Part shown: piece by piece, positions 18,343-27,042 of the stretch
Numbering within the stretch: the first letter of the stretch is position 1
Layout: every line of letters begins with the position of its first letter
Origin: Vibrio alginolyticus NBRC 15630 = ATCC 17749
Lineage (GTDB): Bacteria > Pseudomonadota > Gammaproteobacteria > Enterobacterales > Vibrionaceae
DNA length: 32,000 nt
Direction: 5' to 3'
NCBI RefSeq assembly: GCF_000354175.2
Contig: NC_022349.1
Location: forward strand, 240,001-272,000
Translations under genes and position numbers: made by a program
Notes under the pieces: generated by a model
Database searches by the model: none
What the model was told of the DNA's origin: nothing
What the model saw: the letters and a program-made list of their open reading frames with translations, nothing else

Positions 18343-19773
18343 GTGGCTACAACTAATACAGCAGCACCACGTGATACGTGGGGGTCTAAACTAGGCTTCG
18401 TAATGGCAGCAGCGGGTTCCGCTGTCGGTTTAGGCAATATATGGAAATTCCCTTACACAGCAGGTGAGAGTGGCGGCGGTGCATTCGTTGCTATCTATCT
18501 TATCTTTGTAATTTTTATCGGCTTTAGCGTGATGCTGACAGAGTTCGCTATTGGTCGTAAGACAGGTCTTTCTGCCGTAGGTGCATTCAAAACAACTGAC
18601 CGACGCTGGACGTTCACTGGCGTTATGGGAGTCTTCAGTGGTCTTTTGATCATGGGCTTCTACCCAGTGGTTGGTGGTTGGGCATTGGCCTACATCTTTA
18701 AAGTGGGCGGTGGTCTACTCAGCGCGCCAGAAGCAATTGGCGACAGCTTTGGCGGTTTCATCTCAGATCCGATTCAACCTTTGATGTGGATGGGTGTTTA
18801 CCTGTTCCTTAACGTCATGATCGTGATGAAAGGGATTTCGGGTGGTATTGAGAAAGCCGGTAAGGTTCTGATGCCGCTTCTGTTCTTAATCCTAATCGTT
18901 GTTTCTGTTAAAGGCTTGATGCTGCCAGGTGCAATGGCTGGCCTTGAGTTCTTATTCATGCCGGACTTTTCTAAAGTCGACAGCAATGTGGTTCTTGCTG
19001 CACTAGGGCAGGCGTTCTTCTCACTTAGCTTAGGTATGGGTTGTATGATGACGTACGGTTCTTACCTGAAAAAGAAAGAGAACCTAGTTCAAACAACCGG
19101 TATGGTTACAGCGATGGATACAGGTGTCGCGATTCTTGCTGGTGTTGCTATGTTCCCAGCTATGTTTGCCTTTGGCATGGAGCCTGCGGCAGGCCCTGGT
19201 CTTGTATTCGTTGTCGTTCCTCAGCTATTTGCTGAAATGGGCGGTGTGATTGGGTTGCTATTCGCGTTGCTATTTTTCATCGGTTTGACGGTGGCGGCAT
19301 TAACTTCTTCAGTATCACTATTGGAAGTTGTCGTGTCTTACCTAATCGACGAGAAAGGCATGAAGCGCTCTAACGCAGTTCTGTCTGCAAGTGCAGTTAT
19401 GGCGGCATTATGTATTTTTGCGTCACTATCGTTAGGTGGAATGGGACCAACGCTGTTCGGTACCGGTGCCTTTGATATCTTCGACTTGCTAACGGACAAA
19501 ATCTTCTTAGCGGTTGGTGGTATGTTGGTTTGTATCTTTGCTGGATGGCGCCTAAGCCGTGCTGAGCTAGAAAAAGAGATCACTAATGACGGCGAAGTAT
19601 CCTTCCCGCTATTTGGATTGTGGTACAACCTAGTTAAATACCTGATTCCTGTTGCGATTGCTATTGTTGCCTTCATGGGGATTAAGTCTGGCTTTGATAG
19701 TGGCAAAGGTGAAATCATGCTGCTGGGTATCGCAATCATTGGTCTTGCTGGCATTTTCTCGAAGAAGCTTTAG
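18343..19773 (+). CDS. Sodium-dependent transporter, NSS/SNF family
   Basis: Has the NSS signature GLGNIWKFPY and ~12 TM segments. GTG start preceded by GGAG. Confidence 0.88.
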   Translation: MATTNTAAPRDTWGSKLGFVMAAAGSAVGLGNIWKFPYTAGESGGGAFVAIYLIFVIFIGFSVMLTEFAIGRKTGLSAVGAFKTTDRRWTFTGVMGVFSGLLIMGFYPVVGGWALAYIFKVGGGLLSAPEAIGDSFGGFISDPIQPLMWMGVYLFLNVMIVMKGISGGIEKAGKVLMPLLFLILIVVSVKGLMLPGAMAGLEFLFMPDFSKVDSNVVLAALGQAFFSLSLGMGCMMTYGSYLKKKENLVQTTGMVTAMDTGVAILAGVAMFPAMFAFGMEPAAGPGLVFVVVPQLFAEMGGVIGLLFALLFFIGLTVAALTSSVSLLEVVVSYLIDEKGMKRSNAVLSASAVMAALCIFASLSLGGMGPTLFGTGAFDIFDLLTDKIFLAVGGMLVCIFAGWRLSRAELEKEITNDGEVSFPLFGLWYNLVKYLIPVAIAIVAFMGIKSGFDSGKGEIMLLGIAIIGLAGIFSKKL

Positions 19774-19827
19774 AAAAGACCTTAGGGGCAAGCCTCGATA
19801 GCTTTGTCCGGTAACTTATGTATACTG

Positions 19828-19855
19828 CTGGCTCCAAACGTGGAGCCAGTTTTTT
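19828..19855 (+). terminator. Rho-independent terminator after the NSS transporter gene
   Basis: CTGGCTCC-aaacgt-GGAGCCAG followed by TTTTTT. The T-run ends exactly at the next gene's ATG. Confidence 0.8.
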
Positions 19856-20548
19856 ATGTTCGATATTCTACATACCCATCCCGATTTTCTGATCATCAAT
19901 AAGCATCCCAACGTCTCTGTTCATAAAGACGATGGCGACACAATGCTGCTGCAAGAAGTGGCTAAGCAGAGTGGTGATGAGCAGCTCTATCTTATCCATC
20001 GCTTGGATAAAATGACATCGGGTATTCTGCTCCTCGGACGCAACGCCAAAGCGGCTAGTGCGTTATCACAAGCTTTTGCTGACCGCCAAGTGGAAAAGTT
20101 CTATCTGGCGATTGGCTCTAAAAAGCCGAAAAAGAAACAAGGTTTGGTCGTTGGTGATATGGAGCGTTCGCGCCGTTCATCATGGAAGCTGGTCAACAGC
20201 AAAAACAACCCAGCCGTCACCCAGTTTTTCTCTCTTGCGGCAGAGCCCGGAGAGCGCCTATTTTTATGTAAGCCACACACTGGTAAAACGCATCAAATCC
20301 GCGTGGCATTAAAATCGGTTGGCTCAGGTATTGTTGGCGACCCGATTTACAATGCAGGCAATGAGGCTGATCGCGGTTACCTGCATGCATTTTCACTTTG
20401 CTTCCAATACCGAGATGAGCAATATCGCTTTGTTTGCGATCCACGAGAATACAAAGTGCTGGGTAGCAAATGGCACAGTGAAATCGTCTCTCAGGGCTTG
20501 GATACTTGGCTTTCCCCTTGGGAGCTGAACTGGCCTACGATCAAATAA
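19856..20548 (+). CDS. RluA-family pseudouridine synthase (target unknown)
   Basis: Catalytic motif HRLDKMTSGILLL and downstream HTGKTHQIRV. 230 aa with no S4 domain. Confidence 0.8.
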   Translation: MFDILHTHPDFLIINKHPNVSVHKDDGDTMLLQEVAKQSGDEQLYLIHRLDKMTSGILLLGRNAKAASALSQAFADRQVEKFYLAIGSKKPKKKQGLVVGDMERSRRSSWKLVNSKNNPAVTQFFSLAAEPGERLFLCKPHTGKTHQIRVALKSVGSGIVGDPIYNAGNEADRGYLHAFSLCFQYRDEQYRFVCDPREYKVLGSKWHSEIVSQGLDTWLSPWELNWPTIK

Positions 20549-20579
20549 CCGTCACAAAGAAAACTAATAAGAGAACTCG

Positions 20580-21521
20580 ATGCAAGCATCACAACTTCCG
20601 CTGTTCTTTCAGCATCTAGAAACCGAGCTCGCGCAAGCTCCTAACGAAATTCGTCGACTGTTTCATGGTCGTGGCCGTCGTTTTGAGGGCCTAGAGCAAA
20701 TCACCTGTGATTGGTTACAAGGTCAGTTGATTATCAACTTGTTTAAAGAAGTCGACGACGCGTTTCTCGCTGAGCTGAAAAGCGGCCTGAATGCGTTGGC
20801 ACAATCACAACTGTGGGCAGACAAGCAAGGTCGCACTATGGTTCTTCAGCACCGTTATGCCGATGGTGCGCCTTCAGAAGTGCTTGTCGGTGAATTAGAC
20901 GCTCGCTCTGTCGTTGAAGAAAGCGGTTTGAAATACCAATTGGATATTGGCCGCAACCAAAACTTCGGTCTGTTTTTGGACATGCGCTACGGTCGTGATT
21001 GGGTTCGCGAAAATGCGAAGCAAAAAAACGTGCTTAACTTGTTTGCTTACACCTGTGGCTTTTCTGTCGCTGCCATTGCGGGTGGCGCAGATAAAGTGGT
21101 TAACGTCGACATGGCAAAAGCGTCGCTGTCTAAAGGTCGTGAGAACCACAAGCTAAATGGTCATAACATCAACCAGGTAAGCTTTATGGGGCACGATATC
21201 TTTAAATCGTGGGGTAAGATTAAAAAATCTGGTCAGTATGACTTGATTATCATCGATCCGCCTTCATTCCAGAAAGGCAGCTTTGCGCTGACGAAAGATT
21301 ACAAAAAGATTCTACGTCGATTGCCGGATTTGTTGGCAGAAGGCGGTCAAGTGATGGCATGTGTGAACTCGCCATCTGTGACAAGCGACTTCTTGATTGA
21401 AAGCATGAAAGAAGAAGCGCCAGAGTTGACATTCCGTGAGCGTCTGGATAACCCACCAGAGTTTATGGACGTAGACAGCGAAGCAGCATTGAAAGTGTTG
21501 TTGTTTAGCGAGAAGCAATGA
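20580..21521 (+). CDS. Class I SAM-dependent RNA methyltransferase, RlmI/RlmK (COG1092)-like, lacking a PUA domain
   Basis: Motifs NQNFGLFLDMR, NLFAYTCGFSVAA and IIIDPPSF are typical of the RlmI/RlmK catalytic domain. At 313 aa it is shorter than RlmI. Confidence 0.7.
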   Translation: MQASQLPLFFQHLETELAQAPNEIRRLFHGRGRRFEGLEQITCDWLQGQLIINLFKEVDDAFLAELKSGLNALAQSQLWADKQGRTMVLQHRYADGAPSEVLVGELDARSVVEESGLKYQLDIGRNQNFGLFLDMRYGRDWVRENAKQKNVLNLFAYTCGFSVAAIAGGADKVVNVDMAKASLSKGRENHKLNGHNINQVSFMGHDIFKSWGKIKKSGQYDLIIIDPPSFQKGSFALTKDYKKILRRLPDLLAEGGQVMACVNSPSVTSDFLIESMKEEAPELTFRERLDNPPEFMDVDSEAALKVLLFSEKQ

Positions 21522-21553
21522 CGACGAAACGAAAGTTGTACCTATCTATAGTA

Positions 21554-21575
21554 CCAGCCGTTTGAGTACGGCTGG
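21554..21575 (+). terminator. Hairpin downstream of the methyltransferase gene (weak T tail)
   Basis: CCAGCCGT-ttgagt-ACGGCTGG followed by CATTTCC. Confidence 0.45.
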
Positions 21576-21734
21576 CATTTCCGCGATACCCCGTCAATCT
21601 GAATAGCGAGACGCGAGTGTGATTCAGAGTCTATTATCAGAATAAGTTATTCCTAACACGCTGATATTAGGTTCCTGATCTCGCCTAGGCTCGCCGGAAT
21701 GACGGGAAACAATAAAAGATCGATACCAGCAGCA

Positions 21735-22790
21735 TTAACCGATCTGCACTTCAAGATCCGCTTCGATGATTGATGAGCAGGCGAGCACATAGCCTTGTTC
21801 AATTTCTTCTGGCGTCAATGTTTCTAGGCTAGTGGAAGATACGTTGCCTTTACGAACCTTGCATTTGCACGAGCCACAAATTCCGCTTCGACAAGCGACG
21901 ATTAATGGTAAACCTGCGCCTTCGAGCACATCGGCCAGTACCTGACCTTTTTGCGCATCGATGCTTTGAGCAAAATCAGGAACAGAAACGTTAACCGTCT
22001 CATCGGAGACCGATGATTCTGCGCCAGTCGCTGGCGTAAAACTCTCTTGGTAGAAGTTCGTCATGTCAAAACCAAGGTCATTCAAATAGCCGTGAACATC
22101 TTGCATAAACTGGCTTGGACCACACAGGTAAACGGTGCGCTGTTTGAAATCAGGAACAAGCTCTTTAAGCCAGTCGGCATTCAAACGACCTTGTGGATGC
22201 GATGTTCCTTCGCGGTTTTTCAGCAACAACTTTAAATTGAAGTTGGGATACACAGCGTCTAACGTTTCTAGCTGATCGTAGTAAATCGTCTCTTCTGGGC
22301 TGCGTGCAATATGAAGAAATGCGATGTCCACATCGTTGTCGTTTTCATCTTGATTACTCAGCCAGTGTTTTGCCATCGAAAATACGGGCGTGACGCCGCA
22401 ACCTGCACTGATAAGCAAGGCTTTTGTTTCGCCATCACGTAAAACGGGTGGATGGTCAATGCAGTTAAATTCGCCCGCTGGTGGTAATGCTTGAACGGTA
22501 TCACCAAGCAGCAGCGAGTCAACGATGTAGTTCGATACTTTACCGCCAGATACTCGTTTGATGGTGAGTTGAAGGTGATCGTCTTCATTGATCGAGCTGA
22601 TTGAATAGGCACGAAACTCCATTTTTCCATCAATTTCCACGCCTAAGTTAATAAACTGGCCAGGCTTAAACTGAAACAGAAGTGACTCGGTTAGTTCAGC
22701 CAATTTGATGCTGACGGTGTCGTGTGTTTCGAAGTATTTGTCGATGCAACGGAGTGTGACGGGTTGGTTACCTTGCCATTCAAAAAACAT
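21735..22790 (-). CDS. hcr: NADH oxidoreductase for the hybrid-cluster protein (FNR-like FAD/NAD domain plus C-terminal 2Fe-2S ferredoxin)
   Basis: RAYSISS FAD motif, GCGVTP NAD motif and CRSGICGSCKC...C cluster. It lies downstream of hcp. The start is set at MFFEWQGNQ; the track ORF start at 22862 would run through an intercistronic hairpin. Confidence 0.88.
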   Translation of the reverse strand: MFFEWQGNQPVTLRCIDKYFETHDTVSIKLAELTESLLFQFKPGQFINLGVEIDGKMEFRAYSISSINEDDHLQLTIKRVSGGKVSNYIVDSLLLGDTVQALPPAGEFNCIDHPPVLRDGETKALLISAGCGVTPVFSMAKHWLSNQDENDNDVDIAFLHIARSPEETIYYDQLETLDAVYPNFNLKLLLKNREGTSHPQGRLNADWLKELVPDFKQRTVYLCGPSQFMQDVHGYLNDLGFDMTNFYQESFTPATGAESSVSDETVNVSVPDFAQSIDAQKGQVLADVLEGAGLPLIVACRSGICGSCKCKVRKGNVSSTSLETLTPEEIEQGYVLACSSIIEADLEVQIG

Positions 22791-22871
22791 AACAATCTCT
22801 TTGGTTGTGGCTATTTTTGGTTCGAAATAGATAGCGCCTCCGCGTAAGGAGGCGCGTAACAAGCAAGTTTA

Positions 22872-24533
22872 TTAAGCTGCTAGGATGGCTTTTAGATCAT
22901 CCTGAACATTGCCAATACTGCGCATATCGAACTTCTCTTGGATGATGGCGATTAGGTTTGGCGTTAGGAATGCCGGTGCAGTAGGGCCTGTGTAAATGCC
23001 TTTCACGCCCAATGCAAATAGCGTTAGCAAGATAACGATCGCTTTTTGCTCGAACCAAGAAAGCACAAGCGTGAGTGGTAGTTCATTGATATCACAGTCA
23101 AACTCTTTCGCCAGTGCAAGTGCAAGCTGGATTGCAGAGTAAGCATCGTTACATTGGCCCACATCCAATAGGCGAGGGATGCCGTTGATATCTCCGAACG
23201 TATTCTTGTTGAAGCGGAACTTACCACACGCCAAGGTCAGGATTAGCGTGTCTTCTGGCGCTTCAGCCGTAAAATCGGTGTAGTAGCTGCGTTCCGCTTT
23301 ATCACCATCACAACCGCCGACTAGGAAGAAGTGTTTGATGTTGCCTTGCTTCACTTGGTCGATAACCGCAGGGGCGGCGTTCATCAGTGCATTGCGACCA
23401 AAACCAACCGTGATGTGGTGTTCGATTTCATCGTGTTGGAAACCGTCTTGCGCTAGAGCACATTCAATCACTTGGCTAAAATCATCGCCTTCGATGTGAG
23501 CCACACCAGGCCAGCCAACAATACTACGAGTGAATAAACGGTCTGCGTATTGACCCACATTTGGATTCAACAAGCAGTTTGACGTCATTACGATTGCGCC
23601 AGGGAAGTTTGCGAATTCTTTCTGTTGGTTTTGCCATGCGCTGCCGTAGTTGCCGACAAGATGAGGATATTTCTTCAGCTCAGGGTAGCCGTGTGCAGGC
23701 AGCATTTCACCGTTGGTATAAACGTTAATGCCTTTGCCTTCAGTCTGTTGCAGGATTTTTTCTAGGTCATGCAAATCATGGCCAGAAACAAGAATACATT
23801 TGCCTTTTACTGGCTTGACGTTCACCGAGGTTGGTTCTGGATGGCCGAAGGTCATTGTTTCACCTTGGTCGAGCATTTCCATCACTTTGTAGTTCATCAG
23901 GCCGATGCGCATTGAGCAATCAAGTAGTTCACCAAGATCTTCAGGGTCTGTACCCAACCACGCCATGATTTCATGGTATTCGGCATAGATATCGTTGTTG
24001 GTTTGCTCAAGAACACGTGCGTGCTCCATGTATGCTGCGGCACCCTTAAGGCCGTATAGGCAAAGTAAGCGTAGGCCAATAACATCTTCATGTACTTGGT
24101 CCTTACCACGGTTAACCGCGACTTGAGGAGCAAAAGCTAAGATTGCTTCTGCGCTATTTGGTAGCTCAAAGTGAGCAACAACAGGGATGTCAGCAACTTC
24201 GGTATCGGCGAGTGTTGCAGCAGACATTACTTGCTCTTTTAGCAATGCTTTGTACGTTGCCGCTTGAGAAGTTAGCTCTAGGACACGTTCAGGGTCAAAG
24301 TTTACGTTCGTCAATGTAGAGAAAAATGCCTTTGGTGCCCATTGGTTGATTTCATCGTTAATGATGTTGAATTCAAGTGCTTTTGATGCCCAAAAAGAAA
24401 CCCCTTGCAGTGTGTAAACCAACACGTCTTGAAGGTCAGATACTTCAGAAGTTTTACCACACATACCTTGTGCAAAAGAACAACCTTTAACAGTAGGGGT
24501 TTGAATTGTCTGTTCACATTGAATACAGAACAT
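22872..24533 (-). CDS. hcp: Hybrid-cluster protein / hydroxylamine reductase
   Basis: Begins [13 protein letters not shown], like E. coli Hcp. 553 aa. Shine-Dalgarno GGAGAA upstream. The longer track ORF (to 24578) would start at or inside the predicted promoter. Confidence 0.93.
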   Translation of the reverse strand: MFCIQCEQTIQTPTVKGCSFAQGMCGKTSEVSDLQDVLVYTLQGVSFWASKALEFNIINDEINQWAPKAFFSTLTNVNFDPERVLELTSQAATYKALLKEQVMSAATLADTEVADIPVVAHFELPNSAEAILAFAPQVAVNRGKDQVHEDVIGLRLLCLYGLKGAAAYMEHARVLEQTNNDIYAEYHEIMAWLGTDPEDLGELLDCSMRIGLMNYKVMEMLDQGETMTFGHPEPTSVNVKPVKGKCILVSGHDLHDLEKILQQTEGKGINVYTNGEMLPAHGYPELKKYPHLVGNYGSAWQNQQKEFANFPGAIVMTSNCLLNPNVGQYADRLFTRSIVGWPGVAHIEGDDFSQVIECALAQDGFQHDEIEHHITVGFGRNALMNAAPAVIDQVKQGNIKHFFLVGGCDGDKAERSYYTDFTAEAPEDTLILTLACGKFRFNKNTFGDINGIPRLLDVGQCNDAYSAIQLALALAKEFDCDINELPLTLVLSWFEQKAIVILLTLFALGVKGIYTGPTAPAFLTPNLIAIIQEKFDMRSIGNVQDDLKAILAA

Positions 24534-24583
24534 ATTGGGTTCTCCAGTGATTGTTTTAATAGTCGTGATGTTGACCACTAGAG

Positions 24584-24599
24584 AGCAGAATGTGTGCCA
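24584..24599 (-). promoter_or_regulatory. Sigma-54 (-24/-12) promoter of hcp-hcr
   Basis: The reverse strand reads TGGCACacattCTGCT, with GG and GC at canonical spacing. It lies ~50 nt upstream of the hcp ATG. Confidence 0.75.
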
Positions 24600-24649
24600 A
24601 TTATTATCTTGTTGATTTGTATTGAATTTTATCAGATTTAGGAGAGTGG

Positions 24650-24693
24650 TTGATGTAATTAAGACAACGCAGTTGATGTCTTAATCACATCGA
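24650..24693. promoter_or_regulatory. Two NorR-type enhancer boxes (GT-N7-AC core) upstream of the hcp promoter
   Basis: TTGATGTaattaagACAAC (24650-) and TTGATGTcttaatcACATCGA (24673-), 23 bp apart. Confidence 0.6.
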
Positions 24694-24707
24694 CTTCTTG
24701 TGGTCGG

Positions 24708-26237
24708 TTATTTATTGATCCCGAGCTTTTTACCCATTCGATATAAGTTCCCGCGATCCATTTGCAAAAACTCCGCTGCTTTTGCCCAAACGCCACCAGT
24801 TTGGCTTAAAGCATGTTCAATTAAATCACGTTGATAGCTTTCTATCAGTTCTCGCATTGGTTGGCTTTCTTTGGGTAAATAATGCGATGTGTTTTTTACA
24901 TCACCGAGAGCCAATAAGGTGTCGAAATGGTTAAGCATGATCGTGCTTGCGCCTTGTTGAATGGCGTGCAAAGCCGCGCGAGTTAAAGTATGTTCGAGCT
25001 CGCGCACGTTTCCGTACCAAGGTGAAGATTCCAATTGAGTCAACACTTTAGGATGAACGTGCAGATTGGGTGCATTGAATTGTTGGCGTACTTTTTCCAA
25101 CAAATATCCTGCTAAAACGGGAATATCCCCGTCACGGGCACGCAGTGGGGGGACTTGGATTGGGAACACGTTCAAACGGTGGAAAAGGTCAGCTCGAAAC
25201 GTGCCAGATTCGACCTCTTTTTCTAATTGTCGATTGGTCGCGGCGATGATGCGCACATTGACCATCAAATGCTGATCGCTACCTACACGTTGCAGCTCGC
25301 CTTGCTGAATTACGCGCAGCAATTTTGCTTGCAAAATCAAAGGCAGTTCGCCCACTTCATCAAGGAAAATCGTTCCACCGTCTGCCAGTTCAAACTTACC
25401 GGCACGGTGGCTATTAGCACCTGTAAATGCGCCTTTGACATGGCCAAACAGTTCACTCTCAGCCAGACCTTCAGGCAGGGCCGCACAGTTGACGTAAATC
25501 ATCGGCTTATCGCTACGATGAGATTGCGCGTGTACCGAGTGCGCGACCAGTTCTTTACCAGTTCCGGTTTCTCCTAAGATAAGTACCGCGTAATCTGATT
25601 GAGCAACAGTCGCAATGTTGTTTCGTAACTGGTTGATCTGCGGACTCAAACCCACCATTTCACCATGTTGAGAACGGGCTTGCTGGATAAGGGTTTGAGT
25701 GACGCTTTTTTGCTTCTGGTTTTGCGCTTTGAGCGCTTTTAATTGAGCTATGTTACGCAATGTCGCAGCGGTCAAAGCCGCAAAGGTTTCGATAGCGACA
25801 GGATCGATGCCATCAAACGCGCCCACTGTTAGTGCATCCATCGTTAGTGCGCCAACAAGTTGGCCTTCGACATACAAGCTAAAGCCCATGCAATCGTGAA
25901 CATCAATGCATTGGTCTTCAGTTAATAGTGTGCCGTCGAAAGGATCCGGCAGTGAACAATCGGCATCGAAACGCACCGGTTCACGGCTATGAATAATGGC
26001 ATCTAAGCGAGGGTGCGCCTTGGGGAAATAGCGACGACCTAAGACCGAGCTGGATAAGCCTTTTACCGCGACAGGAGTTAGAAACCCATCCTCATCGAAG
26101 ATAAACAGGCAGCTCGCATCACATGGGAATACTTGCGCGACCCCATCAATGAGATTTTGATATTGCTGCTCGTGAGAGCGATTTGAGCTGAGGTTTAGCG
26201 CAATATTAAGGAGTACGTGGTCAACAGTCGGAGTCAT
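24708..26237 (-). CDS. norR: Nitric-oxide-responsive sigma-54 activator NorR (GAF, AAA+ and HTH domains)
   Basis: The N-terminus [10 protein letters not shown]...[15 protein letters not shown]...LPDPFDG parallels the E. coli NorR GAF domain. Also has [14 protein letters not shown] and a C-terminal HTH. Confidence 0.88.
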   Translation of the reverse strand: MTPTVDHVLLNIALNLSSNRSHEQQYQNLIDGVAQVFPCDASCLFIFDEDGFLTPVAVKGLSSSVLGRRYFPKAHPRLDAIIHSREPVRFDADCSLPDPFDGTLLTEDQCIDVHDCMGFSLYVEGQLVGALTMDALTVGAFDGIDPVAIETFAALTAATLRNIAQLKALKAQNQKQKSVTQTLIQQARSQHGEMVGLSPQINQLRNNIATVAQSDYAVLILGETGTGKELVAHSVHAQSHRSDKPMIYVNCAALPEGLAESELFGHVKGAFTGANSHRAGKFELADGGTIFLDEVGELPLILQAKLLRVIQQGELQRVGSDQHLMVNVRIIAATNRQLEKEVESGTFRADLFHRLNVFPIQVPPLRARDGDIPVLAGYLLEKVRQQFNAPNLHVHPKVLTQLESSPWYGNVRELEHTLTRAALHAIQQGASTIMLNHFDTLLALGDVKNTSHYLPKESQPMRELIESYQRDLIEHALSQTGGVWAKAAEFLQMDRGNLYRMGKKLGINK

Positions 26238-26278
26238 AACAAGCCCAAAGTTATCTGGAATGGGCTCATGCTAGCAAC

Positions 26279-26337
26279 TTGATGTCATTTGAACATCGAA
26301 AGGTGTGGGAGATTGATGTTCCATTGACGACGATCAA
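26279..26337. promoter_or_regulatory. Two more copies of the same box upstream of norR
   Basis: TTGATGTcatttgaACATCGA (26279-) and TTGATGTtccattgACGAC (26313-), 42-100 bp upstream of the norR ATG. Confidence 0.55.
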
Positions 26338-26347
26338 GTTTGATACG

Positions 26348-26392
26348 AAAAGAAACGCGCAAGTTAACAAGCCAGTGATGTAAGCTTGCGCG
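26348..26392 (-). terminator. Probable terminator of the slyB-like gene
   Basis: The reverse strand reads CGCGCAAG-(21 nt)-CTTGCGCG followed by TTTCTTTT. Confidence 0.5.
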
Positions 26393-26439
26393 GGTTAGGT
26401 GTTTGAATCAAAGCAGGCCAAAGGTTTGGTTCGTCCGAA

Positions 26440-26919
26440 TTAACGAGGAACGACTCTGGCGTCATTACCAGAAACATTGATTTGGACCGCTTGGCCTGGT
26501 TGGAAAATCATGTTTGGATTTGCTTCTTGAACAATAGAGATAATCTTTCCGTCCTCTAAACGAATGGTCAGATTCACGCCATTTCTTTTCGCGGTTGCTT
26601 CAGCCGCTTTGCTGCCTGCATAGCCACCCAATAGACCACCACCAATGGCAGCGATATCCGAGCCAGAACCGCCCCCAACTTTTGAGCCTAAGATCCCGCC
26701 CACGGCAGCACCAGCGATGGTGCCAATGGCATTGGATTGGGTAGAGGCATCAATGGTTACGGGTTCTACTTTTTCTACTGTGCCGTAGTAAACCTGCTGA
26801 ACTTTGCGAGTGTCGGATGAGCCGTATGCATCTCCGTACGGGTTAGGTGAGCTACAGCCGCCAAGCACGAGCGCACAAGTAATGGTGAGCAACATGCCTA
26901 AATTGATCTGTTTTTTCAT
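26440..26919 (-). CDS. Glycine-zipper (SlyB/Pcp-like) outer-membrane lipoprotein
   Basis: Lipobox VLGGCSS and a Gly-zipper stretch AGAAVGGILGSKVGGGSGSDIAAIGGGLLGGYAGS. The start is set at MKKQINLG, with GGAGG 5 nt upstream. Confidence 0.8.
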   Translation of the reverse strand: MKKQINLGMLLTITCALVLGGCSSPNPYGDAYGSSDTRKVQQVYYGTVEKVEPVTIDASTQSNAIGTIAGAAVGGILGSKVGGGSGSDIAAIGGGLLGGYAGSKAAEATAKRNGVNLTIRLEDGKIISIVQEANPNMIFQPGQAVQINVSGNDARVVPR

Positions 26920-27042
26920 ATAGCCTCCGAATGGTTTCTTCATTCAAAGAGTATATACCCCAATTTAACCTGCGTTTTGGTGCTTTATAAAACAGTGGCT
27001 TAGCGGCCTGTCCCTTAAGGAAACGCGATTGTCTAAGCAGTA

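Noticed and set aside
21584-21727. The CGATACC direct repeats as a target-site duplication proving a MITE insertion.
   Set aside because: The left copy abuts the inverted-repeat arm, but the right copy is ~14 nt beyond the right arm. A 7-mer recurring within 140 bp can happen by chance. The element is kept as a structural observation only.
24534-24578. N-terminal extensions of the longest ORFs: hcp to 24578, hcr to 22862, metC to 16384, slyB-like to 26943, pspC from 6568, pspF to 5507.
   Set aside because: Internal starts reproduce the conserved N-termini ([14 protein letters not shown]..., MNNRELY) and have better ribosome-binding sites. The extensions would overlap promoters, hairpins or upstream genes.
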